A stretch of DNA of 64,000 bases, taken from NCBI GenBank assembly GCA_026401075.1, contig JAPLNQ010000237.1, positions 28,790 through 92,789 of the forward strand, written 5' to 3'. Below the pieces are notes generated by a model, which did no database searches, had not been told where the DNA came from, and saw only the letters and a list, made by a program, of their open reading frames with translations. The position numbers and the translations under genes are program-made. Of the stretch, positions 37,215 to 47,509 are shown piece after piece. This DNA is from Planctomycetia bacterium (GTDB lineage Bacteria > Planctomycetota > Planctomycetia > Pirellulales > UBA1268). How positions within the stretch are numbered: position 1 is the first letter of the stretch; each line of letters begins with the position of its first letter.

Positions 37215-39044
37215 TTACTTCTTGTCAGCGTCCGGCTTCGCCGCTGGTGCTGGTGTCGCCGCTGGTGCTGGCGCCGCGGCGGGTGCTGGTGTCGCGGCGG
37301 GTGCTGGTGTCGCTGGTTTTGCTGCAGCCGGGGCCGGTGGGGCTGCTGCAGGGGCTGGCGCCGGAGCCGGCGTGGCTGCGGGCGCAGGCGTTGGGGCAGG
37401 CGCTGGAGCCGCAGCCTGCACCACAGAAATCCGGAACTTCCCGATGGCATGCGTGCCATCGGCATACTGCTGATCGATCGTGATCGCCAGCGGCGCGCCG
37501 GCCGACAGCTTTACATCCGGGGCGATGTCGAACGTTGCGGCATGCTCCTTGCCCGTGCCGCCGCTGATCGCCCAGCCGGTCTCGGGGTTGTCGTCGATCG
37601 CACCGGCCACGGCAAAGCCACCCTGCTCGTAGTCGGCCTTGGCACCGGAGAACTTCGCCTTGGTCGGTGTCTCGTTCGATCCCGGGGCACCGAAGAGCAC
37701 CGCGAATGTGCTGAGCACGAAGTTGCCGTTCCCGGCGCGGCCTGGCCCCTGACCGGGCAGGCTGGCATCGGGCAACGCCTCGAGCTTGATCGCCTTCGCC
37801 TCCACTCCAGCCGGGATGACAGCCTTGAGCGTGTAGGTATCCTTGGCGAGGCTTCCCGTGACGGTGAGGGTGCCGTCGGGGGCGATCGCCGCCGTGGCGC
37901 CGGCCATGCTCTTGAACTCGGTCGGCACGAGCGTCGTCGCCTTCTGCGCGGTGGCCGCAGCGGGAGCCGGGGCAGGCGCCGGTGGAGGACTCGGCGGCGG
38001 CGGCGGTGGCGGCAGGAGCTTGGCGGCCGGCGTCGGCACGAGCTTTCCGCCGACGTGCGAACCGACGAACATCGTCTTGCCATCGGGCGCGAAGGTCACG
38101 CACCAGACGCTCGACTTCGCAGCCTCCGGGCCTTCCTGCTCCCCCTTCGCGTTCACATCCCAGAGCTTCACGGCGCCGTCGAGGCTGCCGCTGGCCAGCC
38201 GCGTGCCATCGGGCGAGAACGAGGCGCTCGTCACCCAGTCTTTGTGGCCCGAAAGCGTGGCGAATTCCTTGGAGTCGGAGGTGGTCCAGAGCTTGATCGT
38301 GCGATCAGCGCCGGCCGTGGCGAGCTTCGAGCCGTCGGGCGAATAGGCGACGGCCCAGAGCGCGTCGGTGTGGCCTTCGAGCTTGCCTTTTTCGTTGCCT
38401 GTGGCTGCATCCCACAGCTTCACGAGTTTGTCGCCGCCGCCGGTGGCGGTCGTCGCGCCGTCAGGCGAGAAGCCGACGGCCGTGACCGGCCCAGCATGGG
38501 CGGCGATGGTCTTGATCTCCTTGCCGTCGGCCGTGTTCCAGAGCACGACGGTGCCATCCTCGCCAGCCGAGGCTAGCTTCGTGCCATCGGGCGAGAGATC
38601 GAGCGACCGCACCCAGCCCTTGTGCTTCTTGAGGTCTGCCTTCAGAGTCCGCGCCGGCAGGTCCCAGAGCTTGACCAGGCCGTCGTAGCCGGCCGTCGCC
38701 GCAAGCTTGCCATCCTTCGAGACCTTCACCGCCCAGACCGCAGTGGGATGGCCAGCCAGATCGCCCACCCGGGAACCGTCCGCCTTCCAGACGACGACGT
38801 CGCCGGGCCGGTAGAGCAGGCTCTCACCGCCCGCGGTGACGAGCGTCGCGCCGTCGCGGGCATAATCGGCAGCGATCACCCACCGCGTGAAGGCGGGGAG
38901 GTTGGCCGCGGGAGCTGGCGCGGCGGCCGCCGGTGCAGCTGCGGCAGGCTCGGCGGCTCGGGCAGCAGCCTGGAGAAGGCAGGGCGCCACACTGCACAGG
39001 GCGACTTTCAGGCAAACGAGGGAAAAACGAGCGAAGCGTCGCAT
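37215..39044 (-). CDS. secreted WD40 beta-propeller protein with poly-Pro linker, beta-sandwich-like domain and Pro/Ala-rich tail
   Basis: ORF 37215..39116(-), start at ATG 39044 after GGAGA. Signal peptide MRRFARFSLVCLKVALCSVAPCLLQAAARA. At least 6 WD repeats (GHxxxVWAVxxSPDGxxLATAGxDxxxKLWD). PPPPPPPSPPPAP linker. AIDDNPETGWA...GKFRISV domain. Confidence 0.8.
   Translation of the reverse strand: MRRFARFSLVCLKVALCSVAPCLLQAAARAAEPAAAAPAAAAPAPAANLPAFTRWVIAADYARDGATLVTAGGESLLYRPGDVVVWKADGSRVGDLAGHPTAVWAVKVSKDGKLAATAGYDGLVKLWDLPARTLKADLKKHKGWVRSLDLSPDGTKLASAGEDGTVVLWNTADGKEIKTIAAHAGPVTAVGFSPDGATTATGGGDKLVKLWDAATGNEKGKLEGHTDALWAVAYSPDGSKLATAGADRTIKLWTTSDSKEFATLSGHKDWVTSASFSPDGTRLASGSLDGAVKLWDVNAKGEQEGPEAAKSSVWCVTFAPDGKTMFVGSHVGGKLVPTPAAKLLPPPPPPPSPPPAPAPAPAAATAQKATTLVPTEFKSMAGATAAIAPDGTLTVTGSLAKDTYTLKAVIPAGVEAKAIKLEALPDASLPGQGPGRAGNGNFVLSTFAVLFGAPGSNETPTKAKFSGAKADYEQGGFAVAGAIDDNPETGWAISGGTGKEHAATFDIAPDVKLSAGAPLAITIDQQYADGTHAIGKFRISVVQAAAPAPAPTPAPAATPAPAPAPAAAPPAPAAAKPATPAPAATPAPAAAPAPAATPAPAAKPDADKK
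37218..37415. repeat. imperfect tandem GC-rich repeats encoding the (P/A/T)n tail
   Basis: gctggtgctggtgtcgc-type units are reiterated. They translate on the minus strand as PAPAATPAPAPAPAAAPPAPAAAKPATPAPAATPAPAAAPAPAATPAPAA. Confidence 0.5.
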
Positions 39045-39259
39045 CACTGGGGTCTCCACGGGGGGCTCCATACAAGAGCTGAAACGGGCGCCGAACCAAC
39101 GAACCAAAAAAGGCAACGGACCGAAGGCATTTCGGCAATGTCTGCCGACAAGCCTCCCGAGTATAGTTCCGACTCACCGTCCGATTCCATTTGGGTCCCC
39201 CAGTCCGGCTCCGGTCGGTTTTTTGGGGGCTCTCCTGCCATCTCGCGAGGGATTCGACC

Positions 39260-40957
39260 ATGTCCACGCCATCCCGCTCGTCGTTGTCCAAACCATCCGC
39301 CGCCGCCGGCAAACGCCGGGCGGTGCTCGTCGCCAATGGCGATCTCCGCGAGGAGGCCAACCGGGTCTGCTGGCCGGCGCAGCAGGCGATGGAGGTCGAC
39401 CTCGTGAGGGCCTTTGCCGCCGCCGGCTGGAAGCTGGAGCGGGGCCATACCGCGTCGAAGGCCCGCGGCCATGGTTTCATCGCCAGCGCCCGCGAGGGGC
39501 TCGACGTGTTCGAGACGATTGACCCCGATGTGCCGCTGGTCGTGGCCGAGGCGGTCTGGCAGTATTCCAACCATGTGCTCCCGGGGCTCACGACCCACTC
39601 CGGCCCGATCCTCACGGTGGCCAACTGGTCGGGCCAGTGGCCGGGCCTGGTGGGCATGCTCAACCTCAACGGCTCGCTCACGAAGGCGGGTGTTCGTTAC
39701 TCGACGCTCTGGGCCGACGACTTTGCGAGCCCAAGCTTCCGGCGGCACCTGCAGGCCTGGCTCGATCACCGCGCCGTGCACCATGACACGAGCCATGTCG
39801 TGCCGTTCGCCAAGGTGTCGATCCCGCGCAAGCTCGCGCACGCCGCCGAGACGATCGCAGCCGATCTCCGCCATCGCAAGGCGCTGATGGGGGTGTTCGA
39901 CGAGGGCTGCATGGGGATGTTCAACGCCATCATTCCCGACCACCTGCTCCACGCCACCGGCGTCTTCAAGGAGCGGCTCAGCCAGAGTGCGCTCTACTAC
40001 GAGACCACGCAGGTGACCGACGCCGAGGCAAAGGAGGTCTTCCGCTGGATCGAAAAAGCGGGGATGCAGTTTCACTTCGGCAAGCAAGAGACCACCGACC
40101 TCACCCGGGCCCAGGTGCTCGAGCAGTGCAAGATGTATGTGGCCGCGGTCCGTATCGCCGACCGCTTCGGCTGCGACTGCATCGGCATCCAATACCAGCA
40201 GGGGCTCAAGGATCTCCTGCCGGCCAGCGATCTCGTGGAGGGGATGCTCAACGACTCGAAGCGGCCACCCGTGACCGCGGCCGGCTCGTCGAAGCCGCTC
40301 TACAAAGGAAAGCCGCTCGTGCACTTCAACGAGGTGGACGAGTGCGCCGGGCTCGACGGCCTGCTCACGCAACGCGTGCACGAGGCGGTCGGTGAGCCGG
40401 TGGAGAACACGCTCCACGACATCCGCTGGGGCGACTGGGACCAGTCACGGACCACCGACCAGTGGGTCTGGGTGTTCGAGATCTCGGGCGGTGCCCCGCC
40501 GGCACACTTCACGGGCGGCTGGAAGGGCGCGCATGGCTACCGGCAGCCGCCGATGTATTTCCGGCTCGGCGGCAGCACGCTGGCCGGGGTGAGCAGGCCG
40601 GGCGAAATCGTCTGGAGCCGGATCTGGATCGACAACGTGGAGGGCCATGAAAAGCTCTGCATGGACATTGGCCGAGCCCAGGTGGTGACGCTGCCGGAGG
40701 AGGAGACGCGACGTCGGCTCGAATCGACCACGAAGCAGTGGCCGATCATGCATGCGGTGACCTACGGCATCTCGCGTGACCAGATGATGGCCCGTCACAA
40801 GGCCAATCACATCCAGGTGGCGTATGCGAAAGACGCCGCCGGCGCCGACAGGGCCGCCCTCACGAAGGCCGCGGTCGCACGGGCACTGGGCATCGAGGTG
40901 AACTTCTGCGGCACGCGGGGCCACGGCGTGTCGCCGAGCCTGCGCTGGGATGCGTGA
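39260..40957 (+). CDS. L-fucose isomerase family (FucI-like) sugar isomerase
   Basis: ORF 39191..40957(+), start at in-frame ATG 39260 after GAGGGA. The blocks [24 protein letters not shown] and C-terminal [29 protein letters not shown] parallel the E. coli FucI layout by eye. Confidence 0.55.
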   Translation: MSTPSRSSLSKPSAAAGKRRAVLVANGDLREEANRVCWPAQQAMEVDLVRAFAAAGWKLERGHTASKARGHGFIASAREGLDVFETIDPDVPLVVAEAVWQYSNHVLPGLTTHSGPILTVANWSGQWPGLVGMLNLNGSLTKAGVRYSTLWADDFASPSFRRHLQAWLDHRAVHHDTSHVVPFAKVSIPRKLAHAAETIAADLRHRKALMGVFDEGCMGMFNAIIPDHLLHATGVFKERLSQSALYYETTQVTDAEAKEVFRWIEKAGMQFHFGKQETTDLTRAQVLEQCKMYVAAVRIADRFGCDCIGIQYQQGLKDLLPASDLVEGMLNDSKRPPVTAAGSSKPLYKGKPLVHFNEVDECAGLDGLLTQRVHEAVGEPVENTLHDIRWGDWDQSRTTDQWVWVFEISGGAPPAHFTGGWKGAHGYRQPPMYFRLGGSTLAGVSRPGEIVWSRIWIDNVEGHEKLCMDIGRAQVVTLPEEETRRRLESTTKQWPIMHAVTYGISRDQMMARHKANHIQVAYAKDAAGADRAALTKAAVARALGIEVNFCGTRGHGVSPSLRWDA

Positions 40958-40964
40958 GGAGCAC

Positions 40965-41061
40965 GTCTTCGGCAAGTTGAAAACGTGCCGCCACGATGGA
41001 GTTTGAAGACGTCCTGCCGGTATCGATCGCTCCGTGGCGGCAAGTTTGTAACTTGCCGTGG
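40965..41061. repeat. family 1 repeat, two units in inverted orientation
   Basis: ggcaagttgaaaacgtgccgccacg (40971-40995) and cgtggcggcaagtttgtaacttgccgtgg (41033-41061). Between convergent genes. Confidence 0.7.
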
Positions 41062-41071
41062 CTTCGGCCCG

Positions 41072-42370
41072 TCACGCCCGCACGAGCGGCTCGACCACGC
41101 CCGTGCTGTCACCAAATGAAGGCATGTCGATGCCTGACCCCTTGAGAATTGTCAGCCACGCGTTGCACAGGGGCGTGCCCTTGGGCACGACGATCTGCTC
41201 ACCCATGCAGAGGCCCGCGCCGCGACCGGCCACGAGCGTGGGGCAGTTGTCGAGGCTGTGGCCGGTGCGGATGTTGCTGCCGTAGACAACCGTCGTGTGG
41301 TCGAAGAGTGTGCTGCCGTCCGGCTCCTTCGTCGCCTTGAGACGATCGAAAAGCCCCGCGAGCAGTTCGCTCTGGGCGGTGTCGCGTCGCTGCGACGCTT
41401 CCTGCTTCTCGCCGGCATGGCCGTGGTAGTGGCTCATCGTGTGGGCCTCCACCTTGATGCCGAGGCTCGAGACGAGCGTGCTCACCGGCTGCCGGTAGGT
41501 GATCACCCGCGAGCTGTCGGTTTCGAGGGCGAAGGCCGCGATCTCATACATCAGCCTGATCTCCTCGACTCCCGCGAGGCCCGGCTTCGGCTCCGCGATG
41601 GCCGGCTGCGGACGTTCCACGCCGAGCCACTTCCTGTCGCGGGCGAGCTTCGCCTCGAGGTCGCGAATGCCGTCGAAGTATTCACGAAGCTTCTCCCGGT
41701 CGGCCTTGCCCAGGCGGCGGCCAAGTTCACGGACATTATCGATCGCGTCGTCGAGCACGCTCTTTCGTTCCAGGAGCCTCGCCTGTTGCTGCTCCAGCGG
41801 CGTCGTGTCCCGAGCGAAGAGCTTGTGAAACGCCTCGACAGGGTTGCGGGGGCCGCCCAGCGGCTTGCCACGGGAGTCCCACGAGAGCGACAGGCCCGGG
41901 CCATGCCCGGAGCCGCCCGCCGCCTCGCCGCAGTCGAGGCAGAGCGAGTCGAACCTTGTGGCAGCTCCGAGCCGGCTCGCCGCGACCTGGTCCACCGACA
42001 CGGTGTTGGAAAAGGCCTGCCCAGGCTGGCCAAACTCGTTGGCACCGGTCAGCCAGAACGTGCTGCCGTAGTGGCCGTTGGCGGTGTGCCGGTGCCAGAG
42101 CCCCTGGATGATCGTGAAGTCGGCCTTGTGCTTTTCCAGCGGCTGAAGGCCTGGCGGCAGCGGATAGTCCCGCCCGGGCTTGTTCGCGTCGGGATACCAC
42201 GAGTCGTTCGTCACGCCCCAGCCGAAGCCGAGAAAGAGGAGCCGCTTGGGCCGCGGCTCCGCCGTGGCGGCGGCCGCAAACCGGCGAAAGCCGAGTGATT
42301 CAAGCGCGGGCAGCGCGATGATCGCGGTGCCTGTCTCGAGAAATCGACGACGTTCGAGCGGAATGTTCAT
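41072..42370 (-). CDS. DUF1552-type protein (Tat-signal-like N-terminus), usual partner of PSD/DUF1592-type proteins
   Basis: ORF 41072..42970(-). Start at ATG 42370 after GGAGAA (MNIPLERRRFLETGTAIIALPALESLG). Blocks LLFLGFGWGV, FWLTG, SVDQVAA, LSWDS, NPVEAFHKLF. Confidence 0.7.
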   Translation of the reverse strand: MNIPLERRRFLETGTAIIALPALESLGFRRFAAAATAEPRPKRLLFLGFGWGVTNDSWYPDANKPGRDYPLPPGLQPLEKHKADFTIIQGLWHRHTANGHYGSTFWLTGANEFGQPGQAFSNTVSVDQVAASRLGAATRFDSLCLDCGEAAGGSGHGPGLSLSWDSRGKPLGGPRNPVEAFHKLFARDTTPLEQQQARLLERKSVLDDAIDNVRELGRRLGKADREKLREYFDGIRDLEAKLARDRKWLGVERPQPAIAEPKPGLAGVEEIRLMYEIAAFALETDSSRVITYRQPVSTLVSSLGIKVEAHTMSHYHGHAGEKQEASQRRDTAQSELLAGLFDRLKATKEPDGSTLFDHTTVVYGSNIRTGHSLDNCPTLVAGRGAGLCMGEQIVVPKGTPLCNAWLTILKGSGIDMPSFGDSTGVVEPLVRA

Positions 42371-42420
42371 GGTAGTTCTCCGAGGAGCAAGTTCTCGTGG
42401 CAGTGTGACTGTTGTTGAAT

Positions 42421-42562
42421 CCGTGAGGGGCTGCCCATGCCCCGAGAGCCGGCGTTGCTGACCAGCGCAGGCAGGATGCCGGAGCGCAGTCAGCATCGAG
42501 TGAGCGAAGGACAGGATGTCCGAAGCGAACGTCCGGCGGCGGGGCGTGGGCAGCCCCGAACC
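42421..42562. repeat. MITE-like element, family 2, second full copy
   Basis: 90 nt are identical to 23502-23591, with the same terminal inverted repeats. It sits inside the operon, between the PSD-family gene and the DUF1552 gene. Confidence 0.75.
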
Positions 42563-42605
42563 GTCGATCACATTGTCATGTCTTGGATGTTCCAACTTGT
42601 CACTG

Positions 42606-45294
42606 TCACTTCGATCGAAACGCCTCGCTCTGCACGAGCGCGTGGATGAACTCTCGGATCGCAAAGTCTTTGGCGGCGGCCCGGGCCATGCCCGGAGCCG
42701 CCCGCCTCCACGAGAGCCTTCGCGAAGCCGCGGGCGAAATCCTTCTCCCGCGCGGCGACGGCATCGCGAAAACCATCGAAGCCGATGAATGACGGGCCGC
42801 CATGGAAGCGGCCGGCCACCTCGATCGGCCATGTTTTCTTCATGGCTGCATTCGGCTGGCCATGGGCATCGACCGGCGTGTAGCTGTCTTCCGTGCGCCA
42901 GGCACCCACGGCGTCGAAGTTTTCGAGCGCGAGACCCGGCGGATCGATCCGCCGGTGGCAGTTTGCGCACTGCGGCTCCTCCTGGTGGGCGACCAGCCGC
43001 TCCTGCGTGGTGAGCGATTTTCCCGCGAGCCTCGCCACCTGCGGCACGTTCGGCGGCGCCGGCGGTGGCGGATCGTCGAGCAGTTTGCGGAGCACCCAGG
43101 CGCCCCGTTCCACGGGGCTTGTGTGCTCACCGTCGCTGCCCATCGCATGGATCGCCGCCATGCCCAAGAGCCCGCCCCGCGGATTGCCCGGTGGCACGGA
43201 CACCCGCCGGAACTCATCGCCGACGACGCCGTCAATGCCGTAGTACTCGGCAAGCAGTCCGTTGACGACGATGAAATCCGCGTTGAGGAGATCACCTAAC
43301 CGGCCATTGGTCCGCAGGAGATCCGCGAACGTCTCATAGACCTCGCGGCGGGCCGCCTCCTTTGCGGCCGCGTCGAACCGCGGATAGGTCGCGTGGCTAA
43401 ACTGGAAGAAGTCGAGCCGGTCCATGGAGAGCCATTGCGACACGAACGGCACCACGAAGCTGCGCACCCGCGGGTCGTCGAGCAGCCGCCGGCACTGCTC
43501 GTCGAGCGCGGCAGGATCGCCGAGTCGTGCGGTTTGGCCATCTCTCTTGGCCTTCTGTCGTAGGATCGCGTCCGGTGGCTCGCCCCAGAGCAGGTAGGAG
43601 AGCCGGCAGGCCAGCTTCTGTCCGTCGAGCGTGTCGTCGCCGTCGTCGTTACTGCGTTCGGGCTCGGCACGATAGAGAAACCTGGGCGATGCCAGCACCG
43701 ATGCAAGCGTGTCCTCGAGCGCCGCCGCGTGCGTGGCCCCGACCTTGCGGCGCAGCATGGAGGCCGTCATCAGTCGGTCGAGGTAGCCTTTCGGTGCCGA
43801 GGCTCCGCGATATGCTTCGAGCACGAACCGCCCGAGCGCCGACTTGATCGCCGCGGGCGGAAGTGAAGCCCCGCGTTCGTCGAGCGGGATATCGAGCGCG
43901 CCGAGGCCGGGCGGCACCCTACTCGCCCGATCGGGCAGCCGCTCGATCTCCAGCCAGTCGATCCAGATCGCGAGTTCGGGCCCGACGCCGTTGGCCTTCT
44001 GCGCCTCCTTGAAGCGAGCCACGGCACGCGCCAGCTGCCCCATGCCTCGTTCCCGGATGAAGAGCATCCGGCTGCGGCCGTCGTGCTTCGCCAGGATCAC
44101 GTACGGGATCTCGATCACGGCCGGAGCATCGAGGGTGCCGAGCACCTCGTGGGTGCTCGTGGCCGGCACGTCTTGGGGCCACGGGGCCTGCCCGAATTCG
44201 ATGAAGCGGCGATCGGCCGGAGCCTGCGGCGTCGCTCCGGCTCGAACCCGCACCACATAGTCGCCCGGCGGCCAATCGTCCGGAATCCGCAACGCGAACC
44301 AGTTGTTGGCATAGCTCGACCGGCCGGCTCCCGGCAGCGTGAGATAAGCCCCCGTGTCGAGGTGCGACTGTTCGAGATACCGCTTCTCGTATGCGATAAA
44401 CTCAGTGTTGCTGTTCAGTTCCCAGAGAACCTGCTCGTCATAGGGTTTGGGCCAGCCAAACTGGTCGGGCGCGGGTGCCCCGGGAATCTGCCTCCACTGG
44501 TGGACCATCTGCCAGTCGCTCCTGGCACGCTTCCGGATCTCGGCGAGCGTTTCGGCATTTTCGGGCTTGTTGGCGGCGGCGAGAACCGCATCGACCCACG
44601 CCTTCGCCCGCTTGTGCTCGTCGAGCCATTTCTCATGGGTTGTCGCGAACCACGTGCGGCCGGCCTCGACCTCGACCCGCAGTTTCTTCTCGACGCCGAT
44701 CGCAGCCTGTCGCAGAAACGCCTCGTGGACCGCCTCGCGGCCGAGTGCCCGGTACTGGTCGAACTGGTCGCCCGACATGAAGAGGTTGCTGCCGGAGGTA
44801 TCGAAGCCGCCGGACCGCGTGTCGGCCGGCAGTTCATTGACGTCGATCTCCACCCCGAGGAGCTGCCGCAGCGTGTTTTGATACTCGCGGCGGTTGAGCC
44901 GCCGCAGGAGCGTGTCGTCGCCCTGGTCGGCCAGGCTTTTCCGCGCCGCCACCATCGCATGGGAGAGATCGTCGAGCAGCTCGATCTTCCGGGCCGGATC
45001 GAGCGACTTCGCATCGGCCGGCGGCATCTCGCCCGAGTTCAAGGCGTTGAGCACCTTCTGCCATCGCTCCGCCATTTCGACCGAGTCGATCGCCCGCGTG
45101 AGCGTGTCGACGCGGAACGACGCCTGGGCATCGTCCGGCCCGTGGCATTCGAGGCAGTGCTCGGCGAGCAGCGTCGGCGACGCGGCGGTCACGCGCGGCG
45201 GTTCGTCGCTGCACGGAGCGGGGCTCTCGCATGCCACCGCCATGGCGGCCAGCAGGGCGGGCAGCCATCCCGGCAGCACTTTCGGCATGGTCAT
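42606..45294 (-). pseudogene. planctomycete PSCyt/PSD-type protein (DUF1587/1592/1595/1588/1585-like), C-terminal frame broken near 42680-42710
   Basis: ORF 42568..45480(-), start at ATG 45294 overlapping the upstream stop (ATGA). CxxCH (CLECHGPDD) after a signal peptide. CANCHRRIDPPGLALENFDAVGAWR block. The family-typical C-terminus DFAIREFIHALVQSEAFRSK* is only found in another frame (ORF 42606..42803). Confidence 0.7.
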
Positions 45295-45734
45295 TTCGTC
45301 TTGGCTGGCGCGGACGTGGTGTCGATCTCGATGTCGATCTGGTTGTGCCCCGGCTTCACCGTGCGGGTGAACTTCGACTGCCGGCCGTAGTGCTCCGGGA
45401 TGCGGACATCCTTGAGGGCATCCGGCACCTTCGGGATGCCTTCGACCATCTGCGGCATGACCGTGACCCGCACGAGGCACTCGTCGGGCATGACGCCCTT
45501 GCGGGCCGCCGTGAAGAAGAGTTCGTACTTTCCCTTGTCGTCGGTGATGCCCATCGACGGCGAGCCCTTCAGCCCCTGCGGCTGGAAATCGACGCGGATA
45601 CCGGCCGGTGCCGCCGCGCCGTCAATTTTCACCGCGCCCGTGCACGTGACACCGACGCCTCGCGGACCGCAACCGGCGGGGAGCAACGTCAGGCCGATGG
45701 CGACCAGCAGGAGGAACCGGCTTCGCGATCGCAT
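45291..45734 (-). CDS. lipoprotein with carboxypeptidase-regulatory-like beta-sandwich
   Basis: Lipobox LLPAGC after MRSRSRFLLLVAIGLT. GAVKIDGAAAPAGIRVDFQP...DDKGKYELF pattern. 147 aa. Confidence 0.65.
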   Translation of the reverse strand: MRSRSRFLLLVAIGLTLLPAGCGPRGVGVTCTGAVKIDGAAAPAGIRVDFQPQGLKGSPSMGITDDKGKYELFFTAARKGVMPDECLVRVTVMPQMVEGIPKVPDALKDVRIPEHYGRQSKFTRTVKPGHNQIDIEIDTTSAPAKTK

Positions 45735-45737
45735 CGC

Positions 45738-46727
45738 TCAGTATTCTCCCACGGCGAGGCCATCGGCGCGCGTGCTCAGCCGCTCGTACACGCCGCGGCT
45801 CGAACTCGAGATATTGCTCAGATAGCTGTTGATACTGGCGTCCACGCTGCCATCAAAGGTCCAGAGCAGCGGGTTCGTCTGGATCATGTCGTCGATGAAC
45901 CGGACTGATGCGTCACCCATCGCGAAGTTCGCGCCGGCGGGGTGGAAGCTGCCGAAGGCGTCTGTCAGGCCCGAATTGAGTTTGTTTACCGTCCACCGGG
46001 TGGTCTCCACGAAGACGTTGTTCTGGTTGACCGTGCCGGTCCAGATGCCGGGCATTTTGCCAGGATTGACTCCCACCGCCGGCGTGCCACCGGCCTCGCC
46101 GACGAGGAACGTCTTCGAGAGTCCATCCGTGAAATCCTTGAAGGCGGCGCCCTTCACCTTGCGAAAGGCCCCTTGCGACAGACGAATCTGCTGGTCGGTG
46201 CTGCCGCCCCACGATCCCGTCGCCCCGCCATTGGCAAGATAGTTCGACTTGCTCGAGGTGAAGGTGAGCCACGAAGCGGCCGAGTTGACCTGTACCTCCG
46301 GGTCGAGGAGCGCGACCGTGTCGGTCGGACACACGAACGACGGGATCGCCGCCCGGGCCTGGGCCGCGACCGCCGTATCCATATACATCGGCACCTGCAT
46401 CCGCCAAGTCGTCTGGTTCATGCAGGCGTCGAAGAGTGACGCCTGCTCGATATAGGGCAGCACGAAGAGCATCCAACTCCAACCCTGGCGACCCTTCGTA
46501 TCCACGGTGCTGTTGGTTGCCGACGGCGGCAGCGTCTTGTTGGCGTCTTGGTAGTTGTGCAGGGCCACAGCCACCTGCTTCATGTTGTTGCTGCACTGCG
46601 ACCTGCGGGCCGCTTCCCGTGCCGCCTGCACGGCTGGCAGGAGCAGACCCACGAGCGTGCCGATGATCGCGATCACGACCAGGAGCTCGACCAACGTAAA
46701 CGCACGCTTCGACGCAATTGATCTCAT
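45738..46727 (-). CDS. DUF1559 protein with prepilin-type N-terminal cleavage/methylation signal
   Basis: ORF 45738..46859(-), start at ATG 46727. KRAFTLVELLVVIAIIGTLVGLLLPAVQAAREAARRSQCSNNMKQ is the canonical planctomycete DUF1559 N-terminus. C-terminal SFHPAGANFAMGDASVRFI. Confidence 0.85.
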   Translation of the reverse strand: MRSIASKRAFTLVELLVVIAIIGTLVGLLLPAVQAAREAARRSQCSNNMKQVAVALHNYQDANKTLPPSATNSTVDTKGRQGWSWMLFVLPYIEQASLFDACMNQTTWRMQVPMYMDTAVAAQARAAIPSFVCPTDTVALLDPEVQVNSAASWLTFTSSKSNYLANGGATGSWGGSTDQQIRLSQGAFRKVKGAAFKDFTDGLSKTFLVGEAGGTPAVGVNPGKMPGIWTGTVNQNNVFVETTRWTVNKLNSGLTDAFGSFHPAGANFAMGDASVRFIDDMIQTNPLLWTFDGSVDASINSYLSNISSSSRGVYERLSTRADGLAVGEY

Positions 46728-46826
46728 GATCCTGCTCCCGCGGCTCCGCCAAACGACCTTGGATACGACAGGCAGACACTCCGCCCCTCTCCACACGGAT
46801 CTTAGGCGGCCGCCGCACCCCCTGCC

Positions 46827-46844
46827 ATTGTCGATTTCGACAAT
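46827..46844. promoter_or_regulatory. 18-bp palindrome ATTGTCGA-TT-TCGACAAT, candidate operator upstream of the DUF1559 operon
   Basis: Perfect 8+2+8 inverted repeat, preceded by ctgcc, 100-117 nt upstream of ATG 46727. A near-identical site lies at 47567-47584. Confidence 0.45.
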
Positions 46845-46855
46845 AAGGACTGTTT

Positions 46856-47509
46856 TCAAGGGATCCGCTTCGGCGGACCGCCGGACAGCAGTCCCCGCTC
46901 AAACCCGCGGGCGACGGCCTGCGCCGTATTTGCGGCATCGAGTTTGACCTTGATCGCGGTCACGTGCGCCCGCACGGTTCGCTCCGTAATATCGAGCCGT
47001 CGTCCCATCTGGTCGATCGAAAGGCCCTCGCGGAGCAGTCGCAGCACGTCGAACTCGCGCGGCGTGAGCGGCCCATTCGGATCGCGGGCGGCGAGCTTTC
47101 GCGCGATCGCCTCGCCGAGCGGCCGGCCTCCGGCATGCACCTCGCGGACCGCCGCGACGAGGTCGCCATAGCGGACCGACTTCGTGATGTAGCCACTGGC
47201 CCCGGCGTCGAGGGCGGCGATCACGTCGTCGCAATCCTCGGATGAGGTCAGCATCAGCACCTTCGCCTGGGGATGCCGGGCCCGTAACCGGCGGACCGTC
47301 TCGATCCCGTCGATCCCCGGCATGCTCACGTCGATGAGCGCAACGTCGGGCCGTAGCCGTTCCCACTGCGCGACCGCCGTCACGCCGTCCTCCGCCTGGG
47401 CCACGATTTCGAGACCTTCCTCGGTGCCGAGCGTACGAGCCAACCCCTCCCGAAACAGCGGGTGGTCGTCGACGACGAGCAGACGGATCGTGGCAGTTAT
47501 GGCGAGCAT
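46856..47509 (-). CDS. NarL/FixJ-family response regulator (receiver plus LuxR-type HTH)
   Basis: ORF 46856..47785(-), start at ATG 47509 (MLAITATIRLLVVDDHPLFREGL). DVALIDVSMPGIDG, LTSS, HTH LTPREFDVLRLLREGLSIDQMGRRLDITERTVRAHV. The start overlaps the kinase stop by 1 nt. Confidence 0.9.
   Translation of the reverse strand: MLAITATIRLLVVDDHPLFREGLARTLGTEEGLEIVAQAEDGVTAVAQWERLRPDVALIDVSMPGIDGIETVRRLRARHPQAKVLMLTSSEDCDDVIAALDAGASGYITKSVRYGDLVAAVREVHAGGRPLGEAIARKLAARDPNGPLTPREFDVLRLLREGLSIDQMGRRLDITERTVRAHVTAIKVKLDAANTAQAVARGFERGLLSGGPPKRIP

Noticed and set aside
37190-37465. Pro/Arg/His/Gln-rich N-terminus of ORF 36614..37465(-)
   Set aside because: It is an out-of-frame reading of the Pro/Ala tail of the WD40 gene, which ends at 37215.
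42371-42970. N-terminal 200-aa extension of the DUF1552 ORF 41072..42970(-)
   Set aside because: It reads through the family 2 element and the 3' end of the PSD-family gene. A Tat-like N-terminus with a good RBS starts at 42370.
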